This document shows positions 18,919 to 28,018 of a stretch of 64,000 bases of DNA, in pieces (position 1 is the first letter of the stretch; every line of letters starts with the position of its first letter). The notes beneath the pieces were generated by a model. The model made no database searches, was not told where the DNA came from, and saw only the letters and a program-made list of their open reading frames with translations. The stretch covers positions 14,742 to 78,741 of the forward strand of contig JAZDKB010000044.1 of assembly GCA_043803405.1 (NCBI GenBank), given 5' to 3'. The position numbers and the translations under genes are program-made. This DNA is from Spirochaetota bacterium. GTDB lineage: Bacteria > Spirochaetota > UBA4802 > JAFGDQ01.

Positions 18919-19273
18919 ACTCATCCCCCTAACCCCCAGGGATGCCTCATGCTAAATATCTGTTATTATTATTTGCTTTTGGCAATCATACTTGCATACC
19001 ATCTCAATTGCTCTTTCAGCCCCCTAACCCCCTTAAGGGGGCACATTCGGGAAAATATTTATATTATATCTTATATCTTTAATCAGATGTATTATCTTAT
19101 CTGATATTTCACTCTTAATTCGTTGCTTTAAACCTTTTTAGCACTAAAAAAATATTGTCAAATCAACCCCTTTCCAATTATGCCCCCTTCAGGGGGTTAG
19201 GGGGCCGGGAGCATATCCAATTTACAACTAAAAAATTTAGCGTGAGGCATCCCTGGGGGTTAGGGGGGTGAGT
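18919..19273. mobile_element. Nested palindromic element: MITE-type ends around a REP doublet
   Basis: Outer IR 18919-18957 / 19235-19273 (37/39); inner IR 19019-19043 / 19181-19205 (24/25). Confidence 0.75.
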
Positions 19274-19373
19274 CTAAAAGAAATGTTGTAATAAATAACA
19301 CCCCCTAACTTGTGTGGCGCTGTACTAAGAACATATTTCACTATGACTTTACAAGGAGATACGACCAATCATT

Positions 19374-21299
19374 TTAAAAGAACAAATTAAAATTTATTTT
19401 AAATTCGTATTGATGAAAATTATTCTCCAGATGCTTATCAAATATATCCTTTCTGGAGGCGTCTGCAACTATGGCCGTATTTGTGCTGAAGCTGAATCCC
19501 TCTCTAAGAGTAAACGAAAGCTCATTCCTTGTTTCGCCTAAACCGTAATACAAATTCCTTATTATCAGGTTGCTGTTCCAGAAGCCTGTAACTTTTGATA
19601 TTAAACCGGTTGAAGCGCCAATTCCTGCCGCGTAATTATCATTTAGGTCTTTGGCAACGTTTATCTCATAATCAGCCATAACAAAAAATATTCCCGGAAA
19701 ACCCTTATAAGATAAACCTGCTCCTCCATTAAGTTCATATACAAGCTGTTCCTTGCCGTCAAGCAATAGTTTTCTGGATAATCCTGTATCAACTTTCCAT
19801 GAAATTGATCTTATAAAATTATCTCTTGGCGACAGGGAGATAATGTTGATCACATCAACTTTGTTCAGCTCTAATTTCCTGTCGCATGAATAATAGCGGA
19901 GCCCTATGTCTCCGAATACTATCTGGCCGCCTTCAATATAGCCGTCATCAAGGTCAATCAGTGTGTGATAGGCGAAGCGGTAAAGTATCTCCTGAAACAG
20001 ATTGCCGTCTCTGTAGCCGGCTCCAATGCTGGCTCTGTTAGACAAATGGCCTTCATCCGGTCTGGGAGGAATCGGTATCTTGTAATCCTTTTCTCCCTGG
20101 CTGCCAAGTCGGCTTCTGACATTAAGTGTTTTCATAAGGAGAGTTGAATAGCTGTCCTTTGTTATGTCTTCCTTCGTGTATTTATACTGCACATATTCAG
20201 CGACAAGATCGCATATTACTATCTTTTCTTCGTTTGTGATATCTTTTTTTAATATAATATCAGGCTCTTCGGAGCCGTTTATTACTGAAAGAGCCAGCTT
20301 CTGATTTTTACTGTTAAGCAATGATGTTAAATGTTTTATTGTAGCAGATTTTGACGGCCTGTATGCGGCAGATTCAACCATCTGCTTCTTTTTCATTTCT
20401 CTGATCGTATCGATCGGGATTACCCAATTGATGAAGTTGGAATAAAATCTGTCAGACAGTGCGGGCGTAGGCCGTGCTGCGTCAAAGAGGAACAGAATAC
20501 TGTATGAGCAGTTCTCATCAAAAAAATAATAATTGGAATATATATTATTCAGCTCAACGACGTGCAATATCATTTTTATGATCTCATCCTCTTTGAGATT
20601 TAGCTGGTATTCCCAGATGTCCCTGTGATCAAAATCCCTGTATTCCTGGACTTTCGCGTAATATGGCAGTATGGAAAAATAACCCGGATAAAATCCGAAA
20701 AGACCCTTTAAAGCATAGAGCGGACTGAATGTCTCGTTTGTAATTGCGGAATAATTCACCGAATATGAAAGCAGTTTGCTCCTGTTCTCTGTTTCAATGT
20801 TTATAAAAGTGTGTCCATACATTGAGGACGGATTGTTAATATGCGAAGTCGGGAATATTATCTGTGCACTTTTTGGCTTGATCATTTTGATAATATCTTC
20901 AGCATACTTGCATCCTGAATAAGGCAGTTTCGAAGTATCAATTGCGAGCTTTTCTTTTAACCATGTATAACGCGCAATAAACTTGCATATAGCGTTATCT
21001 TCTTCTTTATCCTTTTTTTGAAAAAATCCCCGGATAGTAGCTTCCATCTCGGATTTCGGATTGCGCTTTCCATCAGAGGCAAGGAAAAATTTCGGGTCGT
21101 CGATAAGGCTTTTCACGCTGAAAAAAGTCTTTTTATAATGAAGAAGAATATACCAGTAAGGATCCTGATATAATTTATTTTTATTTGCCTGCCCTATAAG
21201 CTGTTCCATATAGGAGCCATCCCGGGCATTAAGAACAGATGAAAATAAAATGATAATAAGTAATATAATTTTAATGAATAAGTAATGAGATCTTGGCAA
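19374..21299 (-). CDS. DUF4105 (Lnb-like) protein with a C-terminal beta-barrel-like region
   Basis: W..LLHY, FFLA.DG..NP..E, NPSSMYGHT, RDIWEYQL, YYFFDENCS; aromatic C-terminus; TTG start. Confidence 0.8.
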   Translation of the reverse strand: MPRSHYLFIKIILLIIILFSSVLNARDGSYMEQLIGQANKNKLYQDPYWYILLHYKKTFFSVKSLIDDPKFFLASDGKRNPKSEMEATIRGFFQKKDKEEDNAICKFIARYTWLKEKLAIDTSKLPYSGCKYAEDIIKMIKPKSAQIIFPTSHINNPSSMYGHTFINIETENRSKLLSYSVNYSAITNETFSPLYALKGLFGFYPGYFSILPYYAKVQEYRDFDHRDIWEYQLNLKEDEIIKMILHVVELNNIYSNYYFFDENCSYSILFLFDAARPTPALSDRFYSNFINWVIPIDTIREMKKKQMVESAAYRPSKSATIKHLTSLLNSKNQKLALSVINGSEEPDIILKKDITNEEKIVICDLVAEYVQYKYTKEDITKDSYSTLLMKTLNVRSRLGSQGEKDYKIPIPPRPDEGHLSNRASIGAGYRDGNLFQEILYRFAYHTLIDLDDGYIEGGQIVFGDIGLRYYSCDRKLELNKVDVINIISLSPRDNFIRSISWKVDTGLSRKLLLDGKEQLVYELNGGAGLSYKGFPGIFFVMADYEINVAKDLNDNYAAGIGASTGLISKVTGFWNSNLIIRNLYYGLGETRNELSFTLREGFSFSTNTAIVADASRKDIFDKHLENNFHQYEFKINFNLFF

Positions 21300-21338
21300 T
21301 TTATTTTTATTTGGAAATATATTTTGTATTTAAAAAAT

Positions 21339-21380
21339 AAAAAAGGGGATACAGGTTTTATTATAATTCCATATCCCCTT
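21339..21380 (-). terminator. Terminator after the DUF3015 gene
   Basis: aaggggata...tatcccctttttt on the minus strand. Confidence 0.6.
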
Positions 21381-21400
21381 AGTATTTCCATCCATTATAA

Positions 21401-21865
21401 TTAGCTGGATTTCAATACTGATTCGATATTGTTTAAAACATCGTTGTGATTTACTTTTTCAGATGTGAATATTTTTGAGAAATTTGACTGAAGTTTTGAA
21501 TAGAAGGTCGATCTTTCAGTTTCTTTAACCTGCATTAGAACTGCGAATGTGTTCAAATACTCTCCATTGCCTTTAGCAACATCCTTTGCAAGGTTGTCCA
21601 TATTGTCTGCAACGAACTTGTTGATCTGTTCGTTTGACGCAATAGAATTCCATGCCTTGCAGTTTGATGTCCCAGTAGTAATCGCGGAGATTTGGCCGGA
21701 TGTTCCGTTTAATGTTGCAGCGCATGTCTGTGAAAGCAATCCTTCCTTTCCCTGGAAGACTATTGAACCGAGACCGCATCCGTAATTGCTTTGGTCAGCG
21801 TAAAGAGTTGCGCCAAAAGCAATTACAGCTGCGATTGCAACTAAAACAACTAAAAATCTCTTCAT
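21401..21865 (-). CDS. DUF3015-family secreted protein
   Basis: GCGLGS..F, Q..AITTGTSNC, FVADNMDNLAKDVAKGNGEYL. Confidence 0.85.
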   Translation of the reverse strand: MKRFLVVLVAIAAVIAFGATLYADQSNYGCGLGSIVFQGKEGLLSQTCAATLNGTSGQISAITTGTSNCKAWNSIASNEQINKFVADNMDNLAKDVAKGNGEYLNTFAVLMQVKETERSTFYSKLQSNFSKIFTSEKVNHNDVLNNIESVLKSS

Positions 21866-22170
21866 ATTTTAACTCCTTGAAATTAAGATATAAATTTATA
21901 GCGTAAACTAATTATATTTGCGCTATAGATTTCTGTGTTATGTATAAAAAACGGTGTTTTATTAATAATTACACTGCGGAAATGGAGTTCTTTAGCATAG
22001 ATGGGAAACAATTCTTAGTTAAATATGCTCAAAAACATACTATAATTTTTCAGATTTGTCAAGTAGATTATTATAACCAGGAATCAAGCAGATACATGGT
22101 AGCATTAATATTCGTAGTTGGCAAACTACCGGCAGCTGCCGTATAAAGATGTGAGAAACTCAAGGGTAGC

Positions 22171-22200
22171 TAGAACAAGGGGTTGCAACCCCTTGTTCTA
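22171..22200. repeat. Perfect 30-bp palindrome (REP-like)
   Basis: tagaacaaggggttgcaaccccttgttcta. Confidence 0.7.
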
Positions 22201-22289
22201 TGTAATCAGCACCCTCTTCCCTTAATATATAATACATTTGTAACAAGTTTCTCAGAAGTCAGCAAATTTTGTTGACCATACTGTAGAAT

Positions 22290-22853
22290 CTATTTCTCAA
22301 CACGCTTAATCATCTTTATCTGCTTTGCCGGAACGGAGATAGTGCCGTTTGCAGTATTAAGTATGTAGGCCTTGCCCCGTGATTTGATGCTTCCGTAGTA
22401 TTTTTTTCCGCTGTATAAAATAATCTCGTATACGGGAGCTTTTACCTGTTCTTTGGCAGGTTCTATTTTTTTATCCTGAAGTTCAGTTAAAGGATTATTC
22501 TCTTCAGTTATAGAATCGACAGTTTCTTCAACTATAACAGGTATATCCGGCGCTGTATATTGCTTTACAATAACATAAATGCCGCCTGCGGCAGCGCCCG
22601 TTGTGAGCACAGTAGCTGTAATAGCCGCGGCATTGGCAAATGAGACAGCAAACTTAAGTCCAATTTTTCTGAGCCTGAAAATAATAAAAAGCAATAAGCT
22701 GAACCAGATTGAATAAGCGCCGACTTTTTTTAAAGTAGCCCTTAATACTCTGGCGCGCGATTTCAGCATCATTTTCCGCGCGGGCTCAGGTATTGGGTTA
22801 ACAAACTTAAATTTCTCAAAAAGCTTTTCCAGACGGGCAGTTTCTGTTGTCAT
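22290..22853 (-). CDS. Membrane protein coupled to the ECF sigma gene; putative anti-sigma factor
   Basis: 4-nt overlap with the sigma stop; hydrophobic segment(s), acidic/Pro linker, C-terminal domain 20/39 identical to the FecR-like protein C-terminus. Confidence 0.65.
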   Translation of the reverse strand: MTTETARLEKLFEKFKFVNPIPEPARKMMLKSRARVLRATLKKVGAYSIWFSLLLFIIFRLRKIGLKFAVSFANAAAITATVLTTGAAAGGIYVIVKQYTAPDIPVIVEETVDSITEENNPLTELQDKKIEPAKEQVKAPVYEIILYSGKKYYGSIKSRGKAYILNTANGTISVPAKQIKMIKRVEK

Positions 22854-23371
22854 AATATATCCTCAATATGAGCAATGCCCTTTTCCTTCAGAAGCGATGT
22901 AATTCCGGAAGCAAGCTTTGTATACTTGTACTCGACTTTTCTTTTAGTCAGTCCCATTATGTCAGCGGTCTCGGAATAACTGTATTTATGGAATGCAATT
23001 AATTCGAACATGTTTTTTTCTTCCTCATTGGATAAGACTTTGTCCAGCACTTCGCCTATTATGATCCTTGTATCGCGAAAGCCGTTAACAAAGCTGAGAG
23101 CCGCGTCTTCCATAAAGTTTTCTATATTTTCATTACCGGAGTATTTCTCCTTATAATATTTTAACACAAAATTTTTTAATGTCCCGTAAAGCCAGGCTCG
23201 TATGTTCTTTATCTCATCAAGATGATTATAAAGCGCAATGAAAACTTCCTGGCAAATATCTTCAGTATCGTGCTCGGAGCTTATCTTAGTATAAACGGCA
23301 TTAAACACCATCGGATAATAATCGACAAACAGTTTGGAAAAGACATTGCGCTTCCCGGATTTGCTCGACAT
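22850..23371 (-). CDS. ECF-type sigma-70 factor
   Basis: 173 aa; region 2 DTEDICQEVF..L....RAWLYG..KN; region 4 YSYSETADIMGL. Confidence 0.9.
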   Translation of the reverse strand: MSSKSGKRNVFSKLFVDYYPMVFNAVYTKISSEHDTEDICQEVFIALYNHLDEIKNIRAWLYGTLKNFVLKYYKEKYSGNENIENFMEDAALSFVNGFRDTRIIIGEVLDKVLSNEEEKNMFELIAFHKYSYSETADIMGLTKRKVEYKYTKLASGITSLLKEKGIAHIEDIL

Positions 23372-23395
23372 GTGAACTACAGCCTTCTTATTAAT

Positions 23396-23424
23396 TAAGT
23401 TCCCGATTTGTTAAAATCGTCTCA
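23396..23424 (-). promoter_or_regulatory. Candidate autoregulatory ECF promoter
   Basis: Minus strand tgagacgatt ttaacaaatcgg gaactta, ending 25 bp before the sigma ATG; matches the 4.7-4.9 kb motif. Confidence 0.6.
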
Positions 23425-23712
23425 AAGTATTTTTTGTTTTTAAAAAAAATAAGTAAAATAATGTTATGTGCGACTTTTGTCTGGAGTTGATCTTTAAATA
23501 GGGATTTTATCCGCTAGAAAAGTCGCATATTTGTGTTAAATTAGTGATTTTATAGGCTAGGATGGGAAGAAAGTCTATTATATTTTTTTGAACCGGATAT
23601 AATTTTTAAATTTGTTGCGCATTTGCCGTGACTTAATTTTTATATTATATCTGCTGCGTGCTGCTTTTTTTAATGTAATATTGCGCTTGTTTTTAGCAAG
23701 ACATCGCTCTTT

Positions 23713-24144
23713 TTATGCAATTGCCTGCTTTACAGAATCGGTTTTTAACGGGGCGGTTTTATCGGAAACATCTTCATAAGTTTTTATCATTTCGCAGCTT
23801 CCTTCAAAAATTACTCCGTCCGCAATCTTTAACTTGGCAGTTCTTATATTGCCGTATACTTTTCCGTTCGGAAGTATTTCCAGTTTTTCCCGTGCTTCAA
23901 TGTTGCCGAAAACGGTACCGCTGATTATAACGACATTTGCTTTAATGTTTGCTTTTACTGCTGCGCCTTCACCTATAACAAGAAATCCGCCGGAAGATAT
24001 TTCTCCTTCGAAGTTGCCGTTGATCTGGAGCGATTTTTTAAAAGTCAGATCCCCGAAGAACTGGGTTTCCTTGCCGAAAACCGTAGCTATCATTCCGATC
24101 TCGTAAACCGGATTTTTATTAATCTGAATTATTTTCCTGGCCAT
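23713..24144 (-). CDS. Bactofilin (polymer-forming cytoskeletal protein)
   Basis: GDL.F..SLQING.FEG.I, VIGEGA.VKANIKA..VIISG.V.GNI.A, G.V.GNIRT..L.IADG..FEGSC.M. Confidence 0.92.
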   Translation of the reverse strand: MARKIIQINKNPVYEIGMIATVFGKETQFFGDLTFKKSLQINGNFEGEISSGGFLVIGEGAAVKANIKANVVIISGTVFGNIEAREKLEILPNGKVYGNIRTAKLKIADGVIFEGSCEMIKTYEDVSDKTAPLKTDSVKQAIA

Positions 24145-24226
24145 TATTTTCTTTCACTTATTGTTGATAATAATTTTTAAGGTTATATGCGGTTTTTCAC
24201 TACAAAGAAAAATCCGCACTTTGTGT

Positions 24227-24448
24227 TTATTTTGTTTTCATCGTAACTACACCGTCCCAGTCAGCGGGCGGAGGATTCAGTTTAAAAGCTTTCGCTCTCC
24301 CAATATACACTGTGGACGGGCCGTCTTCCGGGTCTATTGCTAAAGCGTGCTCAAAAGCTCTGATGGATTCATCCCATTTTTGCTGTTTGTAGGCAGTAAG
24401 TCCAAGATTATAATATTTGAGCACTTCTTCTTTTTCCTTGGTAATCAT
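24227..24448 (-). CDS. Small TPR protein
   Basis: YNLGL.AYK..KWDE.I.AFE.AL.IDP.DGPS..Y..R; tail PPPADWDGV; RBS ggagg. Confidence 0.8.
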   Translation of the reverse strand: MITKEKEEVLKYYNLGLTAYKQQKWDESIRAFEHALAIDPEDGPSTVYIGRAKAFKLNPPPADWDGVVTMKTK

Positions 24449-24545
24449 AATGCCTCCCTGAAATCAGGAATATTGATCTGAATATTATATCCCATTAGTA
24501 AAGATGCATGTCGAGTTAAAAATATTTATTTTTATTATACAGTTC

Positions 24546-25532
24546 CTAATATTCCCTATCAATTAAAAATTCCGCAAGATCAATTAATTTCTCTTTGTAA
24601 ACGGATGAAGGAAAAGCATCGAGAAATGGAACGGCTTTTTTTATATAATCTCCGGCAGTTTCCATGCAGTATTCTACAGCCTTGTGTTCGTCAAACAATC
24701 CTTTTACTTTAATCCACGCTTCTTTATCCGGATTCTTAATGCAATTAATCAGATCCTTTCTTACTCCTTTTGACACCGTTTCCAGAAGGTACAAAAGAGG
24801 CAATGTGATTTTCCCATTGCGAAAATCATTGCCCGTATCTTTCCCTATTGCATCTTTTTCTTCGACATAATCAAAAGTATCATCTATTATCTGGAAAGCC
24901 CTGCCAAGGTTGAGCCCAAACTGATTCAGGGATTCGCGTTCACTATCAGGCATATCCGCTTTCATTGCTCCCAGCTTTGAGCATGTTCCCATAAAAACCG
25001 CGGTTTTCAGTTCAATTATATTAAAATAATGTTCTTTGTTAATTTTATCAATGCCCGAAAATTCTATCTGGTAAATCTCACCCTTAAACATTTCCAGCGC
25101 AGCAGCTAAAAGTTCGCCGACGAGCAGTGAACTCCCGCCGCCTAAAATAGTCTGCAAAGACCTTACGTGCATAAAGTCGCCTGCCAGTACAGCGACTTTG
25201 CTTCCCCATTCCGAAGATACAGATATATTGCCTCTTCGAAGAAAAGCCTGGTCTATAATATCGTCATGTACAAGAGTTGCGCTGTGAAATATTTCCACTG
25301 CAGCAGCTAAATCGGTTATTCCGTCAGGAATTTGCCCGTTCAAACCGCTTGATAATATTACAATTGACGCCCTTATTTTTTTTCCCCCTCTTTTAAAAAG
25401 ATGCAGGGAGCTTAAATTCATTAATGGTATCCGGGTTTTAAGAATTTCCGGTATTGCTTCGTCAACTCCTTTCAGATATGAATTTATCGGCTTAACAATA
25501 TCTTTAAGATTTGCTTTAACTCTGTTAGGCAT
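24546..25532 (-). CDS. Long-chain polyprenyl diphosphate synthase (IspB/HepT-like)
   Basis: GGKKIR, HSATLVHDDIID...RRG, AVLAGD, KTA, AFQIIDDTFD. Confidence 0.92.
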   Translation of the reverse strand: MPNRVKANLKDIVKPINSYLKGVDEAIPEILKTRIPLMNLSSLHLFKRGGKKIRASIVILSSGLNGQIPDGITDLAAAVEIFHSATLVHDDIIDQAFLRRGNISVSSEWGSKVAVLAGDFMHVRSLQTILGGGSSLLVGELLAAALEMFKGEIYQIEFSGIDKINKEHYFNIIELKTAVFMGTCSKLGAMKADMPDSERESLNQFGLNLGRAFQIIDDTFDYVEEKDAIGKDTGNDFRNGKITLPLLYLLETVSKGVRKDLINCIKNPDKEAWIKVKGLFDEHKAVEYCMETAGDYIKKAVPFLDAFPSSVYKEKLIDLAEFLIDREY

Positions 25533-25572
25533 TATGATCCATTAATGGGAAGTGTCCGTAAAAAGCATTATT

Positions 25573-25902
25573 TTAATAGAAAGCATTGACACATTCGCGT
25601 TTTGACTCAAATATTTCAAAAATTGTATCCAGCATTGTGATCTGGAAAGGTTTCAGAATCACTTCATCCACTATAACCAGTTTAATGTCTCCGTCTTTTT
25701 TCTTATATTCCTGTTTTTTCTTATTTAGAAGTCCCAAAGCGCGGCTGCATATAAATTTTACATTTACCATATCAAGGCATACGTTATATAATCCTTCTTT
25801 CAGACAATCATCCAGCACTTCCTGCAGTTCTTCCAGTTCTTCCTGGTCGATTCTTCCATCAAGCACAACTACTTCAACGTTATTTACTGATGACCTCTTC
25901 AT
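25573..25902 (-). CDS. STAS-domain protein (anti-anti-sigma-like)
   Basis: LDGRID, LDM.NV.FICS.ALGLL, GDIKL, ITMLD.IFEI. Confidence 0.85.
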   Translation of the reverse strand: MKRSSVNNVEVVVLDGRIDQEELEELQEVLDDCLKEGLYNVCLDMVNVKFICSRALGLLNKKKQEYKKKDGDIKLVIVDEVILKPFQITMLDTIFEIFESKRECVNAFY

Positions 25903-25957
25903 TAAAATCCTCCGAAAAAATCCTCGAAAAATTCAGATTAAAAACATAATAATACAT

Positions 25958-26683
25958 TTAAAACAAAAAATTATCAACTCTTTTTATATCTGCCTTTGCT
26001 ATTGTCAACGAATATACCCTGTCTGCTCCAAAACTTTTTAAAATTCTGGCGCATTCATTAATTGTTGCACCTGTTGTGAACACGTCATCAATAATAAGAA
26101 TTGTTTTGCCTGCAACAAGCCCGGCATTTTTAATATAATATCTGTCAAGTATGTTTAGAAATCTTTCCCTGTAGCCAAGTTTTTTTTGTGTTTTAAAATG
26201 ATATTTCTCTTTTAAAATTGATCTGTACTTCTTTCCGAGTTTCCTGGAAATATCTCTGGCAATTAGTTCGCTCTGGTTAAATCCTCTCTCCCATCTTTTT
26301 TTTCTGTTGATTGGTACGGATGTTACAGCATCGATCAGTTCTTTATATCTAATAATATGGTTTAACGACAGTAAAGAGATATGTTTATATAGTCTTCTTC
26401 GTTTATTGAATTTATAATTATGTAAAATTTCTTTTATTACCCCGGCGTATGCGGCAACGGCAATGTTTTTATCGATAAAAAGCTTTCTGCTGCTGCATAT
26501 TGTACATTTGTTCTCGATTATATCTCCGGAACAAATTTCGCATGTGTTTTTAAGATAATCTATTTTTTGAAGACAGCCGTTGCACAGGCACATTTCTTTA
26601 TATGATATTAATTTTTTGCAGTTTACACAGTAAGAAGGGAATAAGAAATCGATAATATGATAAATAATATTTCTGATATGCAT
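25958..26683 (-). CDS. comF: ComF-family protein (zinc ribbon plus PRTase-like domain)
   Basis: FP..C..C CxxC pairs; VP.....ERGFNQSELIA; IIDDVFTTGAT. Confidence 0.9.
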   Translation of the reverse strand: MHIRNIIYHIIDFLFPSYCVNCKKLISYKEMCLCNGCLQKIDYLKNTCEICSGDIIENKCTICSSRKLFIDKNIAVAAYAGVIKEILHNYKFNKRRRLYKHISLLSLNHIIRYKELIDAVTSVPINRKKRWERGFNQSELIARDISRKLGKKYRSILKEKYHFKTQKKLGYRERFLNILDRYYIKNAGLVAGKTILIIDDVFTTGATINECARILKSFGADRVYSLTIAKADIKRVDNFLF

Positions 26684-26804
26684 AAAATTTCTTTATAATA
26701 ATTCTATCAAATTTAAACATCGCAAATGCTATTAGCTTTTAATATGTGTTCCGGTTAAATAGAATCCAGGTTGTTTCAAATAACCTGCCGCCCTTAGGCA
26801 ACAG

Positions 26805-27512
26805 TTATTTTTTTTTATAAACAGTAGGATCGCTAATACCTGCTTCGATGAAACCTTTTCTGCGGATCTGACAACTGTCGCACTCACCGCATGATGAGCC
26901 GTCCGGGTCAGGATCGTAACAGCTATGAGTGAGCGAATAATCGACTCCGAGATTTGTTCCAAGCTTAATGATTTCCGACTTCTTTAAATCAAGGAGCGGC
27001 GCGCGTATTTTAAATCCGTCGCCCATTATTCCCGCTTTTGTGCCTATATTCGCCATTGCTTCGAAGGATTGTAAAAATTCCGGCCTGCAGTCAGGGTATC
27101 CGCTGTAATCTACGGCATTAGCGCCTATGAAAATGTCGCGCGAATTTATGGATTCTGCGAAGGAAAGCGCATAGGACAGAAAAAGAATATTTCTTCCCGG
27201 CACATAAGTGGAAGGGATGTCATCCTTTGCGGAAAAAGACATATCGCGGTTTTTCGGAATAATCTCATCGGAAGCTTTTGATAATGCAGACGAAGAGAAT
27301 ATTTGCACCGGAAGCTCAATAAGAAGATGATTTGTTATCCTGAAAAAAGCGCATAGCTTTTTTGCGAATTCGATTTCGGTGCTGTGCCTTTGCCCGTATA
27401 GAAAGGTTATTGCATAAATGATATAGCCGTTTTTTAAAGCATAAGCAGTTGTTGTTGCGGAATCAATGCCGCCGCTTAACAAAACTACTGCTTTTTTTTG
27501 TTTTTCTTTCAT
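26805..27512 (-). CDS. queC: 7-cyano-7-deazaguanine synthase
   Basis: LLSGGIDS, YGQRH, TYVPGRN, YPDCRPEF, SCY..CG.CDSC..R. Confidence 0.97.
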   Translation of the reverse strand: MKEKQKKAVVLLSGGIDSATTTAYALKNGYIIYAITFLYGQRHSTEIEFAKKLCAFFRITNHLLIELPVQIFSSSALSKASDEIIPKNRDMSFSAKDDIPSTYVPGRNILFLSYALSFAESINSRDIFIGANAVDYSGYPDCRPEFLQSFEAMANIGTKAGIMGDGFKIRAPLLDLKKSEIIKLGTNLGVDYSLTHSCYDPDPDGSSCGECDSCQIRRKGFIEAGISDPTVYKKK

Positions 27513-27571
27513 GAATGTATACACGCCCTATCTTTTGATTACTTTAACCGGGTAATCCCGACTGCAATATA

Positions 27572-28018
27572 TTATTTACCATGGGATAATATACCGATTA
27601 GCCTGGCAATAAAATATGCACCTGCGAAGATAAACAAAGGAATTGTAATCATAAAATTTTTCATTTCTTTATCCGATAAAAAACCGGAATGTATAACTTT
27701 TTTTCCGAAAAAATTATAATGATAATTTTCAGGATCCTGGTATCTTAAATATAGTCTTCTGATTATCATTATCTTTATCATAACTGATACGATCATTAAA
27801 TAGCCGGAAAGAATCCAGAAGTAAAAAGAAAAATTAAAAGTATTATACAAAACAGGAATAACTAAAGAAAGCGGGATTAGTATACCCAGAAGAGAAAAAC
27901 CAATAAAAGCTGTAAAAAAAAATCGTTTACGGTAAATTATATTCTTAGTACAAATATATTGTATAAGAATAAGTATATTTACAGCAAATGGAATTAGAAA
28001 TAATAATGTTAATATCAT
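27572..28018 (-). CDS. Hypothetical 4-TM membrane protein (paralog 1)
   Basis: Hydrophobic helices; loop DPENYHYNFFGKKVIHSGF; GAYFIARLI. Confidence 0.75.
   Translation of the reverse strand: MILTLLFLIPFAVNILILIQYICTKNIIYRKRFFFTAFIGFSLLGILIPLSLVIPVLYNTFNFSFYFWILSGYLMIVSVMIKIMIIRRLYLRYQDPENYHYNFFGKKVIHSGFLSDKEMKNFMITIPLFIFAGAYFIARLIGILSHGK

Noticed and set aside
22113..22142. c-di-GMP-I riboswitch (ggcaaac...gctgccg)
   Set aside because: Only two tiny adjacent palindromes; the GAAA tetraloop and GACGCAAAGC core are missing
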